A DNA stretch of 63,258 bases, filler included, from Neolecta irregularis DAH-3 (taxonomy: Eukaryota): the NCBI GenBank assembly GCA_001929475.1. It is 11 parts of 11 records of this genome, joined end to end, with 100 filler letters (N's around TTAATTAATTAA, not from the genome) between each part and the next. Parts side by side here need not be neighbours in the genome. Positions count along the whole stretch, not along the records: positions 4,011 to 26,861 come from LXFE01000153.1; positions 26,962 to 37,279 come from LXFE01000154.1; positions 37,380 to 46,603 come from LXFE01002357.1; 8 more parts are not named here. One strand, given 5' to 3'. Positions 24,023-37,469 of the stretch are shown one piece after another. Both the position numbers and the translations under genes were made by a program. The notes beneath the pieces were generated by a model, which searched no databases, was not told the origin of the DNA, and saw only the letters and a list, made by a program, of their open reading frames with translations. Position 1 is the stretch's first letter; every line of letters begins with the position of its first letter.

Positions 24023-26548
24023 CTAATGTGCGAGAAAATCCCACTTTGCTAGTCGTCCAAGACTTTGACCGCATTCCCGAACAATGCAAAATCTCTCCCC
24101 TTGCCATTTTAATGCTTTTTTTATACTCAGGGCACCAACACCCGTACTTCCTCCCTCACGTAAATTAAAACTCCCAGTCGTGATGAACCCGATCAGATCC
24201 TCCGGTTCAGGACATACCGGATACTATAATCAGTCTCGGTGTCCAAGGGAAACGTACGTTGGATGAACCCGCCGGAGGACAGTTCTTCCATAAATCAACC
24301 TCATCCTTGCTGATCCCATATATCCGTGAATTAGCAGTAGGAATTCCACGTCCCGTTATCGTAACCACAACACCAAAAACTGCAGAATCCAAATCTACGG
24401 GGATTTTCCCTATTGATCCAGAGAATACCTGTCGCGCGATACAAGTGGTTAACAACCAGACTGTACTTTCTGTTGGCATCGTAGTTGTTGGCACATTTTC
24501 GTCAGTAGTCATGGCACCCTCGCCATATATCTTGCGTTCATCGCCTTTTTTCCCATGGATCAAGTACTCCCAATCACACCCGAATGAGTTCCCAGTTTCC
24601 CCTTTTCCAGCACAAACCTTTTCAAATTTAATCCGTTTACTAGCTGGTCTTCGCGTCCATTTCGTGCAAACCTCTTTGCTTCTCTCTATTTCTTCGAGAT
24701 CTCCTGCTTTTGTACCTGGATAGTCTCGGGGAAAAAACGCAACTTTAGATTCAAAATTGAATTGTTCAAACTGTTTTTGTCCGCCGAAACGAATGAAAGG
24801 GAGGGATTGGAGTTGGTGCCACAGAATGGTTAGCCAGTCCCATGGTACAAGAATCGTCCAAGAGGACGTTGATTGGCGGAGTAGCAGTAGAGGGATCTGA
24901 GGATCCGTGGGAAGAGGGGAAATTGGCGTGGACATTTCAATCTATTGGTTAATTTCTTTGATATGAATTGTCATACTACTCGACGGCGAGAGTCGATTTC
25001 TGATTGCGGTGGCTTCAGAGAAGTTGAGCTATCTCGTTTAACTGAATCGAAAATACCAGCTCGAAAATTAATTCCTCGAGGCCATTCTTTGAGTGTGGCA
25101 GACAAGTCGGGGGTTTGTAAAGAGTCTTTTGGTTTTTTAGGGACGCTAAGAGATTAATATTTCAAGATCTGCAAGTCAATCGAGGCGAACCTGAATCGGG
25201 GATCGTAGATGGTGAGAGGTAAAACCGCACCGATGGGCAACATCCCGGTATCCGAAATTCCCTGCAAATTTTGCCAAATCTTGGAGTTTTCTTCGTCTGC
25301 GAGGATAAATATTGAATTCAACGCAGTCCAGCTTTCCGTTCCGACGATTTCAAAACCAGCGATATCGTAACGGCAGTCCTCAAGCTCGATGCCGTCCGCT
25401 CCTTCAGCGGCGGATTTGAAAAGTTTATACACGTCCGCATAGACCGCTGGATGAACCCGAATCAAAACTTTTCGACTATCCTCGGCCCAGACGATAGTCG
25501 CCGGACAAATCAATCCCTTGGGAAACTCCCCACGTCGATAAGCGTACGTTTCCAAACATCTCTTGCCACCAATATACCTATCCCGTAAACCAAACTCTCA
25601 TCCTAATTAATATACCTCGGCGCACCAACTCCACAACCTGGTTCGCAAAATTTCTCTAGTAAACCGCTTAATAACTGCACTTCACCGCTCATTATGATAC
25701 ATCCAAAATAACTCGTATCCCATGCAATACATCCCTTCTTCCAAAATGCCCGATGGGAAGGCCGATATGATTTATCTGTAGGTGTCTCAGGAATGCTAAA
25801 CCCCCATTTAACTTTCATATGAGCCCGTTTTGAATGATACAAATGAGTCGGCAACCACGCTTTATGTACTGTACCCAAACGTTAGACTAAAACCAACAAG
25901 ACATACGCTGTCGCTTTGTAAATTTTGCCTTTTGTATTTTTCGATGTTTGAAGAGATGATCGTCTTCAGTTTGAATTTCATCTTCCTGACGAGGGGATTT
26001 GTGATCTCTAAGTTTAACGCTTGCTCTTTTCTGAATTTGGGCTTTTAAGCGCTTCTTGCCCTGCGCTCGTTGTTTTGGAGGGATATCCGCTGTCTTGTCG
26101 TAAACGTTTGGAAAAAAAAGGTATCTCTGATATACCTCTAGTTTAGATTGATCACGGAGGCGCTTCGGAACACGTTTTGGATTATGGTTTGCGGCTCTTC
26201 TTCTCATGTCTCTTGGTAATCCCTGAAACGCTCTTTGGTTTGCCGAATTTCTAATAGAACGATAAAGAGATGCTTATAAAGGGGAGATTAAACACACCTG
26301 GATCGTTCCATCGCATCTTGCAACGCCTCGATCTCAAATTTTCGCGATTCTGCAAATTTATGCAAATCTAATAAACCGTCTTTCAACGCTAGATAGATGA
26401 GGAGTGACAAAAAGGAATAATGACCTGGAGATCCAGATTCTGTAGCAATGGTTCTTGCATCCCGGAACTTGATTCGTTTTCTTTCTCGGCCAGAGGACAA
26501 AGTATCGGCTATCGGTCGCTTCTTGGGCGATTGAGGGGTGCTTGCCAT
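24023..26548 (-). CDS. POP1: RNase P/MRP subunit Pop1, multi-exon
   Basis: FQGLPRDMRRRAANHNPKRVP, WLPTHLYHSKRAHM, TDKSYRPSHRA, DTSYFG, FPRDYPGT, W.RRPASKR, GFITTG. Confidence 0.93.
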
Positions 26549-26961
26549 GGTATTTTGCAATAAATTCGACAAAGTCGATGATATAACACGTGACTGTTGA
26601 ACCACAACTTTGATAAACACCTTTGGAATAAGGTAAATATTTTAACATTGAACTTTTCACTAGATATTCTAGTTTACATCCTCCATTCCGGTGGATAAAT
26701 CTATATTATACACAGCCCCACTTACTTTGATCATTCTACCTTGACGCTATTTGTACTAGTATGTGGGGACACGACTTTACCACAGTCCACAACGGCGCAA
26801 CCCCCACCAGCTTGCCACCGCCACCGCCAAAGTATCGGAACCGGCACAAGCAGCAGCAAGGNNNNNNNNNNNNNNNNNNNNNNNNNNNNNNNNNNNNNNN
26901 NNNNNTTAATTAATTAANNNNNNNNNNNNNNNNNNNNNNNNNNNNNNNNNNNNNNNNNNNN

Positions 26962-27036
26962 GTCCTACAAATGTGCAGATACAGGACTACTTATAGATTT
27001 ACAAGAATGAGCCACGTCATTGTAGTAAAATCAAGG
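26962..27036 (+). repeat. Repeat family A copy
   Basis: Matches ~41516-41590 and 3888-3910. Confidence 0.7.
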
Positions 27037-27407
27037 AAGAGAAACCCCATCACACGTATACGACTTTGTTGCGACAGGCTGCGTTTGGCGCGCGCTAAAT
27101 TCGTAAAATGTGGCTTTTAACAAAATTGTAATTTTAGGCTCGCGTTTGGTGCGCTCCACATTTATATGTCCAAATCTCACTGCTTGGACTGATTGAAGTG
27201 GAGGACGATGTAGGCGACGTCTCCATGACCGAAAGGACTTCCTTTGAAAGTAGGTTACACCGCAAGCATTGGATACAGACAACGAAGCAGGTTTGCAACC
27301 GCGCTGGACTGGCTCAAGGATCGAGTAAACAACATGATCTGGGAGGGCGGAGTGAGCGGGGCCGACGAGGTAGGGGGAGTGGAGTCTTGGTGATGCTGGA
27401 CGGGGAA

Positions 27408-27653
27408 AGAAAACGGCGTTGATCAGCGCGTCTAGGATTTCTGCGCGCTGCCAGCCGTAGGAGTACTCTGACGACGCCTTTCTGCTGCCGGCGAGCCTCA
27501 CGGCGTACAGCGCCACGAAGAGCGAGAAGTGTTGAGCATGTAGAACGAATGGGCAACCAGCGCCGGGGCATGGATCGTGTAGCCGCAGACAATCTAGACC
27601 GAGTCGATGGCCAGCAGGATGCCGATGCCGGTGGATCGCGAGAGGGGCGGCAT
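27408..27653 (-). pseudogene. 5' fragment of a ZRC1/COT1-type CDF zinc transporter, disabled
   Basis: MPPLSRSTGIGILLAIDSV*IVCGYTIHAPALVAHSFYMLN(frameshift)FSLFVALYAVRLAG...YSYGWQRAEILDALINAVF; premature stop, deletion and frameshift. Confidence 0.8.
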
Positions 27654-27907
27654 CAGGGCGGGTCCAGCGGTTATAGTCGGCCTTGGAGGTGAAGACGGCG
27701 AGGCAAACGGGATGCGGCAGGCTGGCGGACGAGGCAGGAGGGCCGCGCGGGACAGGTGAGGCGGGAGGGGAGAGCAGGCACGGGCGCGGGGCTGGAGGTG
27801 GAGGAGAGAGAATTAGCCCTGGACACCGAGTTCTCATACCACAGCGATCATTTGTCGGCTGGTCTGCGATGGTGGCAACCCTCGTCTAAAAAATCAATTT
27901 ATTATTC

Positions 27908-29027
27908 ATGACGAACCAGGATCCATCAACACCAGTAGCCCATTGTGTCAGAAAATTCAAAAAACAAATTGGGGCATTCAAGTCACAGTTTCCAAGGAAT
28001 AAACAGGCCGAGCGATCTGTCCTGATTGCATTTTCGGGAGGCATTTCTTCCACTGCTTTATTGGATCTCGCAGTAAGCGGACTGGCGCCTAGAGAAGGAC
28101 AGCATGAGCCTGTGATTTGGAAACTTATAGTCGCATTTATTACCGAAGACGGTAATGATCTTGACCTTTGTTGGATAAATGAGAGATATCCAAATGTTTT
28201 GGTTCGAAAGATTTCAATCGATAGTATATTCGATTATTCCAGTTCAACATATTCTTTGACATACTCGAATAATGCGATACACTATTGCTCGCTTTTACGC
28301 TCATCCTTTCGATCGGTTTCATCTTTACTTTTGTCAATACCGTCCGAGTCTGCTCGTATAGACATCCATCGTTACATCAGACAGAATCTATTACTTGCTA
28401 TTGCCAAGCAGGAGGAATGTTGTGGCATATTTTGGGGAGACTCTCGCACACGACTTGCCTCAAAAGTTCTGGAAAACACAGCTAATGGCAGGGGATATTC
28501 CTTGCCTTGGGAAGTTGGAATATGCGTAGAGATGCAAAAAGGTATACTTTGCAGATATAGTCATGCTAACTGTAGCACTATACTTTGTGCGACCGATGCG
28601 TGACATCGTGTTGGAGGAGATGAGGGAATATTTGACCGAGTGTAATCTACCATTTTCTGTAAACAGGGAACCTTGTGGCAGGCCAACAATTTCACGTCTC
28701 GCGTCAGATTATTTCGCCAAACTTGAAGGAGAGTATCCTAGTCTCGTTGGAGCTGTTGTGCGGACAGCAGGAAAACTCGCCTTTCCCCCAGAGACAAAAA
28801 TATATCGTTGCGGAATCTGTGGAATGCCAAAAGAAGATGATGCTGGAGAATGGTTGGCCGCTATTACCGTAAATGAACCTGCACCCGAAGAAGCATCTCT
28901 AAAATATGTTGAAAGAGTCAACACAGGACATGAAGATACATTTACAACTTGCTATGGGTGTCTAGTTGCTCTTCGGGATTGCAAAGATTTATTATGGCCC
29001 GTTATTGAGAATATCTGGGTATATTAA
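27908..29027 (+). CDS. NCS2: Cytoplasmic tRNA 2-thiolation protein 2; 5' end uncertain
   Basis: IAFSGGISSTALL, FWGDSRTRLASKVLENTANGRGYSLPW, RPMRD, YPSLVGAVVRTAGKL, CGICG, CYGC. Confidence 0.9.
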
Positions 29028-29382
29028 GGTTGTATTTTTCTTGCATTTCAACAAACAGATAGCATCAAGGCGGCATTGGAAGCGCACTGGTCCTGCATGG
29101 TCGTGAAAGAGATGATCATCTATTATCGCACAAATGTCAGAGTGTTGACTATTTCTGATAAAACGTGAATTCTACTAGTATGCTCTAGGCACAAATTCGA
29201 TCCTTTGTTCTCAAATAACGATGCAAAATGACATCTGGACGAATTTTGGCACGAGAAATCAGGAGTCTTCAATTCACTTTTTGATATCTTTGAGAGTAAA
29301 CGTGGTTGCGGCACTCCTAGTTTTTTGGGCAGGTATTGGTTGCAGATTGCAAACTTGACCACATCCATCCAAATTGTAACAA

Positions 29383-29838
29383 ATGGCCTGTCTTGGTATC
29401 CCCATCAAACTTCTGCACGAAACCCAGGTATTTCAAGTCTTTTCCCTATAATTACTTACATACAGGGTCATGTGGTTACTCTAGAGCTCAACAATGGAAG
29501 TACCTACAGGGGAAAGTTGTTTGAAGGTATTTGCACTTTCCGCATGGTTTGACGATGCGCCTAGCCGAAGATAACATGAATGTACAACTGAGAGATATTA
29601 CGGCTACTGCGAGGGATGGACGAGTGTCGCACTTGGATCAGGTGTATATTCGAGGAAGCTACGTTCGATTTTTTATTGTCCCGGACATGCTCAAGTTCGC
29701 TTCCCTCGCTTTTACAAGGATCGCTGATTACCTAGAAATGCACCAATGTTCAAGTCCAAAGTAGTTGCTTCGAGAGGTGCTGGACTTGTTAGAGGACGAG
29801 GTACATTGAATAGAGCAAGAGGACGAGGTGGAAGATGA
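29383..29838 (+). CDS. SMD3: snRNP core protein Sm D3, multi-exon
   Basis: [55 protein letters not shown] tail. Confidence 0.96.
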
Positions 29839-29956
29839 AATATATGGGAGATTTGAAGAACCTGACTTCAACTGTGACTGTAAAATATACGTATTGTATT
29901 AGAAAAATCCGAGAGTCCGACAAAACCCCCAGCTCTGTTTTGGACCTGCTTTTTAT

Positions 29957-30932
29957 ATGCCAGCACTCCAGCGGATACTTGTGGTAGGCCGAAAACATTC
30001 CGGAAAATTACGCTTACTACAACGTATGAATTTTGTACAGCTATGAATTGGTTTAACGACCTGCAAAGATCTAACAGGCTCAATTCCTATCGTTCCGAGA
30101 GATGCTGGATGTCACGCGGGGCTTACACATCTTCACACAATCAAAAATCGCTACTATGAGGCAGAAATCATAATTTGGGTTGATGAGTTTGAGAACCCAG
30201 AGGAGTGGGTCAATCCTTTCCTGAATGATGAAGCAGAAGAAGTTAGAAAAGTATTAGGTGCCGTAATCTTGACCTTTGATTTGGAGCAAGATAGGGTGAT
30301 CTAGCTTTCGCGCATTACCTAATAGGTCAGACCAAGGTACTTGAGGACCTCAAAAGTGTCGAAAAATTAATGGCTGCTTGTGGAGATGATTGGGACGGTA
30401 TATGTTTGGCAGTTGGATGTACAACGGGCACAAGGACGTCTGAAGGTGAATACTGGGATATGACATGCATGGATTGCGGATTCGAATATGTGGATCTTGG
30501 CCACGAAGAATCCGATTTGCATGGAGGTACGGCTGTTCCGGAATAAGACTCACATATACAGCAAAGACAGGAGTAGATAGGATCCGAGAAGCTTTAGAGG
30601 TATTTCATTGGACAGCAGAGTACGTCGATGCAGACCCAGACTCTCAGCTCGAAGAGGATTATGATATCACCGCGGAGGCTTCGACTGAGGGACAAGCATT
30701 TATCAACCTCCACCAGTCTTTATTGGATAGTGAAGATGGAGGTTCCAACGAAGATGTAGAAAATCTGCAAGAATGGCTGGACAAGTTAAGGGCTTTGAAG
30801 GGCACGCACTCAACAATATTGGGCTTGCTGACTGGCTATGCAGACCAAATGCACGACATGTCGTTCGCTGAACGCAAGAAGCGAGTGCGAGAGATGATGG
30901 CAAGTCCGGCAAGAGCAAAGAGCAACCGATAA
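29957..30932 (+). CDS. IRC6: Irc6/p34 adaptin-binding protein, multi-exon
   Basis: HTIKNRYYEAEIIIWVDE, EAEEVRKVLGA, GFEYVD, KTGVDRIREALEVFHW, ERKKRVREM. Confidence 0.8.
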
Positions 30933-31174
30933 ACGGAGGTGTGTAAATGGTGACCTCGCAGAGGCATATATGCACTTGTATGTATGTCAAGTGTATTCAG
31001 AATAGTGTTGCGTTTCCTCGTGCCAGACATATACGTCACCCTGACATCACCGCTCCAGAAGCGGCCGTGCTTTGACCGTCAGGCAGCATCTTTGAAATGA
31101 TGTGTCTAATTCTTTATATGCCGAATTCGGTATAAGATCAGCGACATCCTAACCTCCATATCCAGCTCTCAAAA

Positions 31175-32472
31175 ATGGATTCAACGTTAGAAGTAATCGA
31201 TTCCGAACATCCAGTACCGAGTGATGAAGAGTCCCAGCTCGGTCTGCATTCTCAACCAACCCAACACTATGGCCCTACACTGATGGCCACAGGCTCCTAC
31301 TCCACAAACCACGAAGCTCAACACATGCCCATTTCAGTTTGCTCTATCGATAAATCTATTTCAGAAAGTGGACACCACCACCCAACAGAGCTTTCATCTT
31401 TCCTTTCCCTCGAAAATGAACCACATGCTTGGTTCGATGATGCGCAGGGAACAGGTCAATGCGCAGTTTCCGCTAGCAATTTACATATTTCGTCTAAGAG
31501 ATATTCAAGTGGAGGTCGATCTGATTGTGCAACTCAAGGTTCAGTATCTTCCACCACAGATCGAAATAAACCGTTAAAAGAGCTAAACGATTCTAAACCG
31601 TCTACTCACCACGATAGACCATCCGCAACCGGTAGCTCATATAAGCCGTCCTCCAAATCTCGAGATGGTCGTCCACAATCCCCTTCAAAGCGAGTTTCGT
31701 CCAATGAAGCCCAAAATGCATCCTCTACTAGCAATGAAGAAAAAGGTTTATCTCCTAGTGAGCCTGCATCGTCCGACGATCTACCAAACTCGAATTTTAG
31801 ACATGATTTCCAAGATGACGAGATTATTCTTAAACCAATTTCTGCTGGAAGTGATGAAGGGGAATATATCGCTCACTTTAAACTAAATGACAATCTGGGC
31901 AGTCAAGTTCCAGCAAGTGCCAGTGCGAATGCTATTGATCACTCGAGTCAGATTGAGGAGCAACAGTATCAAATTTCGCAATCCCCTGCAGAAATACCTG
32001 TATCAGGGTTCGAAAAAAATGCTCGACGGATGAGCACTGGTCATTATGGCTTGTTGCCTAAAACAACCAACTACACTCCCGGAGTAATGGGAGGGGCTCA
32101 GCTGCCAAGAGAACCAGCTCGACCCCGAGAATTTGGAGATCCCAGTATAAGTTCGATGTCTTTTCACAACACTTGAGCTAATCTGTATCAGTTATCAAAA
32201 CGACTGGCTTCGCTGCCGAAGGCGGTAATTTTGATGCTTCTAAAGCAGGCGCAGGCGTTGAAGCACAGCGACTTCTCAATAAACCCGGAAAAGGTGAGCA
32301 GGCTCATCATCCTGACGAAAACTCTCCAAGTGATAAGCACTCCAACCAGAGTTCTTCCCTTGGCCACTCGGGAGAAAATTCGAGAGACTCCGGGACACGT
32401 CGCTTATCAATTGGAGAAAAATTCAAGCATGCTCTTCATATCGGGTCAAAGCACAACGACATCAAAGAGTAA
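31175..32472 (+). CDS. Hypothetical Ser-rich hydrophilic protein, two exons
   Basis: Long ORF plus a spliced exon carrying TGFAAEGGNFDASKAGAG and an SIGEKIQACSSY-type tail. Confidence 0.65.
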
Positions 32473-32669
32473 GAAGTTTTCAATTGAGGTTTCAATTTTG
32501 CCTATTTAACCTGCGGTCATTGAGTGATTGAAGTCGGTTTGTTTCTCCTGTTTGTACCCTGTGTATGTATCTAACAACGTGCCGAATCATGTCTATTACA
32601 ATCCTGTGGTGTCCTGTGGTTCTAGCTGGCTGCCCAAAATCCGATAAGATATCTGGAAATGAAAACAGG

Positions 32670-33638
32670 TTAGTGATCTTCTTCATGAATTCCAGGGCAG
32701 TTCTCCTCCAGATCCTCTTGATTATCGTATGCACAACCGCACCAGAAGCAGTATGCATGTTTATCACGCAAGTACTTCAATAGACGGTCAAGTTTCTCTA
32801 TAGACTCGCAATCAGTTGCAGTTCCCAACATTGAATTATAAACCTTGAGTGAATTGAATTCTTCCAGTTCTTCGTCTGGACCATCTTCTTCGTCCTCTTC
32901 CTCTATCACCGCATCCTTCCTTTTATAATCATCTGGACCAATAGAATGACTGATTGTTTCCGTGCGATCCGTTATTTGCTTCCTTATTAGCTTTTCTCGT
33001 TCGGCGGTTTGTCTTTCAACTAGGAATCCTCGCCACACAACATTTATCGATCGAAGAGGTTTAGATTCTGCTTCATCTCCTTCCAGAAGCTCGCATATTC
33101 GTTGGCAAGCATACATCTGGCCTTCGTATTTCTTCTCGTCATGAAATAAGCGTACTCGTTCTTGATAAGTCATCTTTTCTGTTTGCTGGCGCTTGGTCTC
33201 TTCCTCAACGGCTTCCTCCAATTTCCTTTTGACAGTAGTAGAATGGCCAATCCCGGTTCGATCTAAGCCTGAGACAACTTCTCCAATGCGGGACGATACC
33301 TTCTTTGAAGGTCAGGCTCACTGGTTCTGTACGGCCTTGGTTCTTGCCCAACCCACCCTGACTGAGACTCAGGATACTCTACCATATGAATGTCGATACC
33401 TGTAGCCCATCAACTTCATCATTTTCATCCCTTTATTCTGTTCGACCAGGATACTAGTCTTTAACCCTTCGATCCGCTTCTCTTCAGCAACCTTTAGTGG
33501 AGCCCGGGTTTTCGATCTTTCGTGTTGCTCGTTCAATTTCCGGGTCCTTTTTTTAACGTATGAATCAATTTTTGGCCCAACATCAGGAAGCGTCATTGTC
33601 ATGTAATCATCGAGATCATTTTCTATATTGCCTGACAT
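32670..33638 (-). CDS. G-patch domain protein (GPATCH11/Cmg1-like, DUF4187 C-terminus)
   Basis: DDYMTM, NKGMKMMKLMGY..GGLG, RTGIG, YLRDKHAYCFWCGCAY...CPGIHEEDH. Confidence 0.88.
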
Positions 33639-33887
33639 TTTTGTCGAGGGCTGGGTCTCATTCGGGGATTAAAGAGGTCAGTTGTAATACGTGGTCCGCA
33701 TTAGACAGATCTTTTATCTTCCCGCCTTGCCTCTAGTCAAACACCAATAAAAAGATTTGCAATAAATTTCAGTCATAGATAGCCTTTTACAGACAAATAA
33801 CCCTCATTTAGTGGTGTCTAGAATAATCCACGAGAATATGTCACCAATCATATTGGCTCATGGATGCAAGAGTAATAAGCAGATCAT

Positions 33888-34894
33888 TTAGATAAAAGGG
33901 TCTATTCCTGCAGCTTTACAAGTAAGAAGCCACCATTTCTTTTGAAGAGCTTGATCTTGGGCCAATGGGTTCAGTGAGGATTCTTTTCTATCTTTGTCAA
34001 TGAATAGCCCTAATTTCCCACTATATTCCGGGCTTGTTGCACACAAAGCAACTAATCGACCACCTATCTTTAGTATTGCTTGTGCAAAATATACCCTGCT
34101 CTAGTGTTCTTGTTTGCGGCAACAAATATAGTATATACTTCATGAATAGTCTTTTCCAAAGAGATAGGTTTCTACCTAGATCACTTTGGGGTATGAAACC
34201 TTGTTGTCAGAACAAGTTTAAAACAAAGTATACCCGGACTGCAGATTAAAATTTCTGGTACTTGTCCAGATTCTCTACTTCGCTCGAGTGCGTTGACAAA
34301 TGTCTTGACGCATAACACTTGCACAAGCTTGGCGTTTCCGTAGACTTTAACACCATCGTATGCATAATTTTGCTGACGTTGGTTGGAGATGAGACACTCG
34401 TCAGCACTGAGATCTACTTAATCAAATCTTGAGCCCGTTAATGAAATACCGCGTCCTTTTCTATGCAATGCAGAATTAACGAAAACAATTCGATCTATCG
34501 TCTTCCCGGCATCCAGGAGGAGCTTCAAGAGCAGCCAATATCCAACGTGGTTGACTTGGTATGTCGTCTCTAATCCGTCTTCTGTATATGTTGGTACACT
34601 ATCCATCACACATCCCGCATTGAAAATTAATGAATTAATAGTTCTTACTTCCTTTAGATTTGCTACAAAACTTCGTATGCTGGAAAATGACGCCAGATCG
34701 CAAGTGAAAGGAGCGAGCAGAGTATCTGAAGGTGCAATCTTTCGATAATCTTCAAGTGCACCAATCGCTTTAGTTGAACAATGATCTCTTTGACCAAGAA
34801 TAATTTTCCATCTGTTTTCATCATGTAGAAGAATTTCCTTGACACATTCGTAACCAATTCCTCCGCTTGCGCCGATAACTACCAGAGTTTTCAT
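33888..34894 (-). CDS. Short-chain dehydrogenase/reductase, multi-exon
   Basis: IGASGGIG, CDLASFSSIR, LIFNAG, YQVNHVG, catalytic YGNAK. Confidence 0.85.
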
Positions 34895-35136
34895 AGATTT
34901 TGTCAATATTTTAATCCGAAGAGAGGTTACAAAGCGAGATAAACAAATAGTTTCCAGGATTAGGTTTTGGATTGGACCTCACCATCTCACCACCCTTCTT
35001 TGGTTCAACACAGAAACTTCCCCCTGTCTCCTGGAAAAAAAGAAGATCGGATTCTTCCAAAATCAATTGTGTTTTGTAATTGTTTGCTGTAATTAACCAT
35101 AAGAATCAGAAAAAGCGTTCCCGAGTCCTGTCATTG

Positions 35137-36738
35137 ATGTCGGCCCCTAATCATCTTGTCAATCACTTGAATCCTCACAATCATGACCATCTGGCGCATG
35201 ATGTTGAATTCTCTTCTTCGCCTTCGAAACTCGAGGATCATAGCGGTCATTTCAAACCTCGGGGATTGAATTTAATCTATCCCGATATTCCGAGCACTCC
35301 CCCAACGTCTCCTCCCACTCTAGGCCATCAAGGACAAGCAGAGTTTGCTGTGCCTATCAGCAGAAGATCAGGACCAGATATCCGGGAAAATGGATTTCTT
35401 ATTCAGCCTTCTCCAACACCCGAGCTATTGTCGCAGCCAAATACACCGCATATGAATGTATTTAATTTCACTTCGACACTCACATCCGCACCAATGGTTA
35501 GAAAGACCGACGGCGCGGCCTTTCGCAAGGGACATAAACACGCAGCGAGTTCTGTTAGTCATAACTTGTTCCTTCCCCCTACCACTACACGAACTCAACC
35601 GACATTGCCGCTAGCTTTACCAACTCCGACTTTCAAAGAATGCGCTCAAAATATGACCACTAGACAAAAAATAAGGATTTTTGTTGGTGCTTTGCATATT
35701 CTCGCAGCTATCATGATTTGGAGAGAATCTGAGTATTCTCTTTCGAGTTCCGCTCTGGGGTATTTCGTCTTATTTGATGCATTAAGTTCGCTGGTTGGTA
35801 CCTGGGGTGTTATTATGGCGAATTTCAAAGTGTGGAGAGAATCCACTCTTACAAATTCATATGGGTATACTATTTGGGATCACTTTTGCTGATAATTCAG
35901 GTTACAGAGACGTGAAGTGTTATTGGAATTTTCGTTGGCGAGTTCATTATTATTTATGGGCATTTATGTTGTTAAAGAGATTACAGAACATTGGGTCATA
36001 AGATTCAGCATCGGTGATATTTACCCTACAACTTTGAGTGATCGGCCAGCAGGGTATGTATCACCGATATTTCATTCTCACGGTGCAGGGAACCATCAAC
36101 TGTGAAATTTTCAATCATGTTGGGCATACTTTCCACAGTCTGCAGCATGATCTTTTGCAATAACCATTCTCGTTTCGCAAAATGTCGGTGATTCTAATCA
36201 GTGGCATTCTCTAATAACAAGACATTCGGCTACCAGCAATATCGTCCCTTCCATCATTTTTCAGTAACGCATTTCATCTTGCAACCTTGTCATCATCGAT
36301 TATTCTTCTACTTGCACCGCTCTTCGGCACCTCAGCCGAGCATCCTTTAGATATCTGTCTCGCTTCAGTAATCGCCGCTCAAATGTGCACATTTGGATAT
36401 CAGCTTGCTAAAGTTCTTGGTGGAATGTTGCTGATGACCTATCCCAACCGTGATGTTACCACATGTGTCCGCGAAGTAATCTCTCCGTTGACGGTATCAG
36501 CTAATCCCAGTTATCACACGATTCCAACATCGTCTCGATAGAGCAATGTGAAATCTGGCAACCACATCACGACATCTGCGTCGCAAATGTATTCGCACGA
36601 GTCAAAGGGGGAGACAACGCCGAGAAACATGCTAGAGAGCGTATCACTAAAATCATTCGTGATAACCTGGGCGGTGGATATGGTGCAGGGGGAAATGCAA
36701 AGTGGGAGGTCACAGTTGAAACTGAGCGTGTATATTGA
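35137..36738 (+). CDS. ZRG17: Zrg17-type CDF zinc transporter, multi-exon
   Basis: RKGHKHAASSVSH, W.ESTLTNSYGLQRREVLLEFSLA, KEITEH, AKVLGGMLLMTYP, GGGYG...KWEVTV. Confidence 0.8.
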
Positions 36739-37469
36739 TAACATCTGAATTAGGTCATGTAACCATGGATATTGGGGATCTTTCGTTTCTAATTGTGTAG
36801 CTGGTCTAAGCTTAGAATAGTTCCTATACAAATAATTTTAATGCGTCGAAAATTGAATTAGCACTGACCGCCGTGTCTGGTTTCTTAGCATCAAAATTGA
36901 ATGGAACATCCATTTTTGACATTCGGTAATTTCATGAATGATAATACTCGACATGATTGAAAGATGATCAGAAAGGCACCAAAAAGGCGTAAATTGGATA
37001 TTCTTTTGTCATCGAGTGCAGTAATTAAATACATTACCATGGGCAATTCTCAAAGGAAACTATCCTGCAAGAATCAAGGAATGTGGCACTATTAGTTGAA
37101 CAGTTTTATTATAGGATCTTGTGATAATTTTACAGTCAAGATGTTGATCCTGGTTGACGACGATAAGTCACGTCAGAGATAGGCATTGTAATCGGTCTAA
37201 ATTACATTCCTGATCAAAAATTTGGCCAAAAAAAAGGGGGAATCTCCGCCGAAGCGAAGATTCCCCATATCCCTTTCGGNNNNNNNNNNNNNNNNNNNNN
37301 NNNNNNNNNNNNNNNNNNNNNNNTTAATTAATTAANNNNNNNNNNNNNNNNNNNNNNNNNNNNNNNNNNNNNNNNNNNNTGAATTAGATAAACATGTACC
37401 AGTAACTAGTACCCACTCACAACCGGAAGTACGCAGGCTCACTAATCGCGAAATGCCATTAAAAACATA

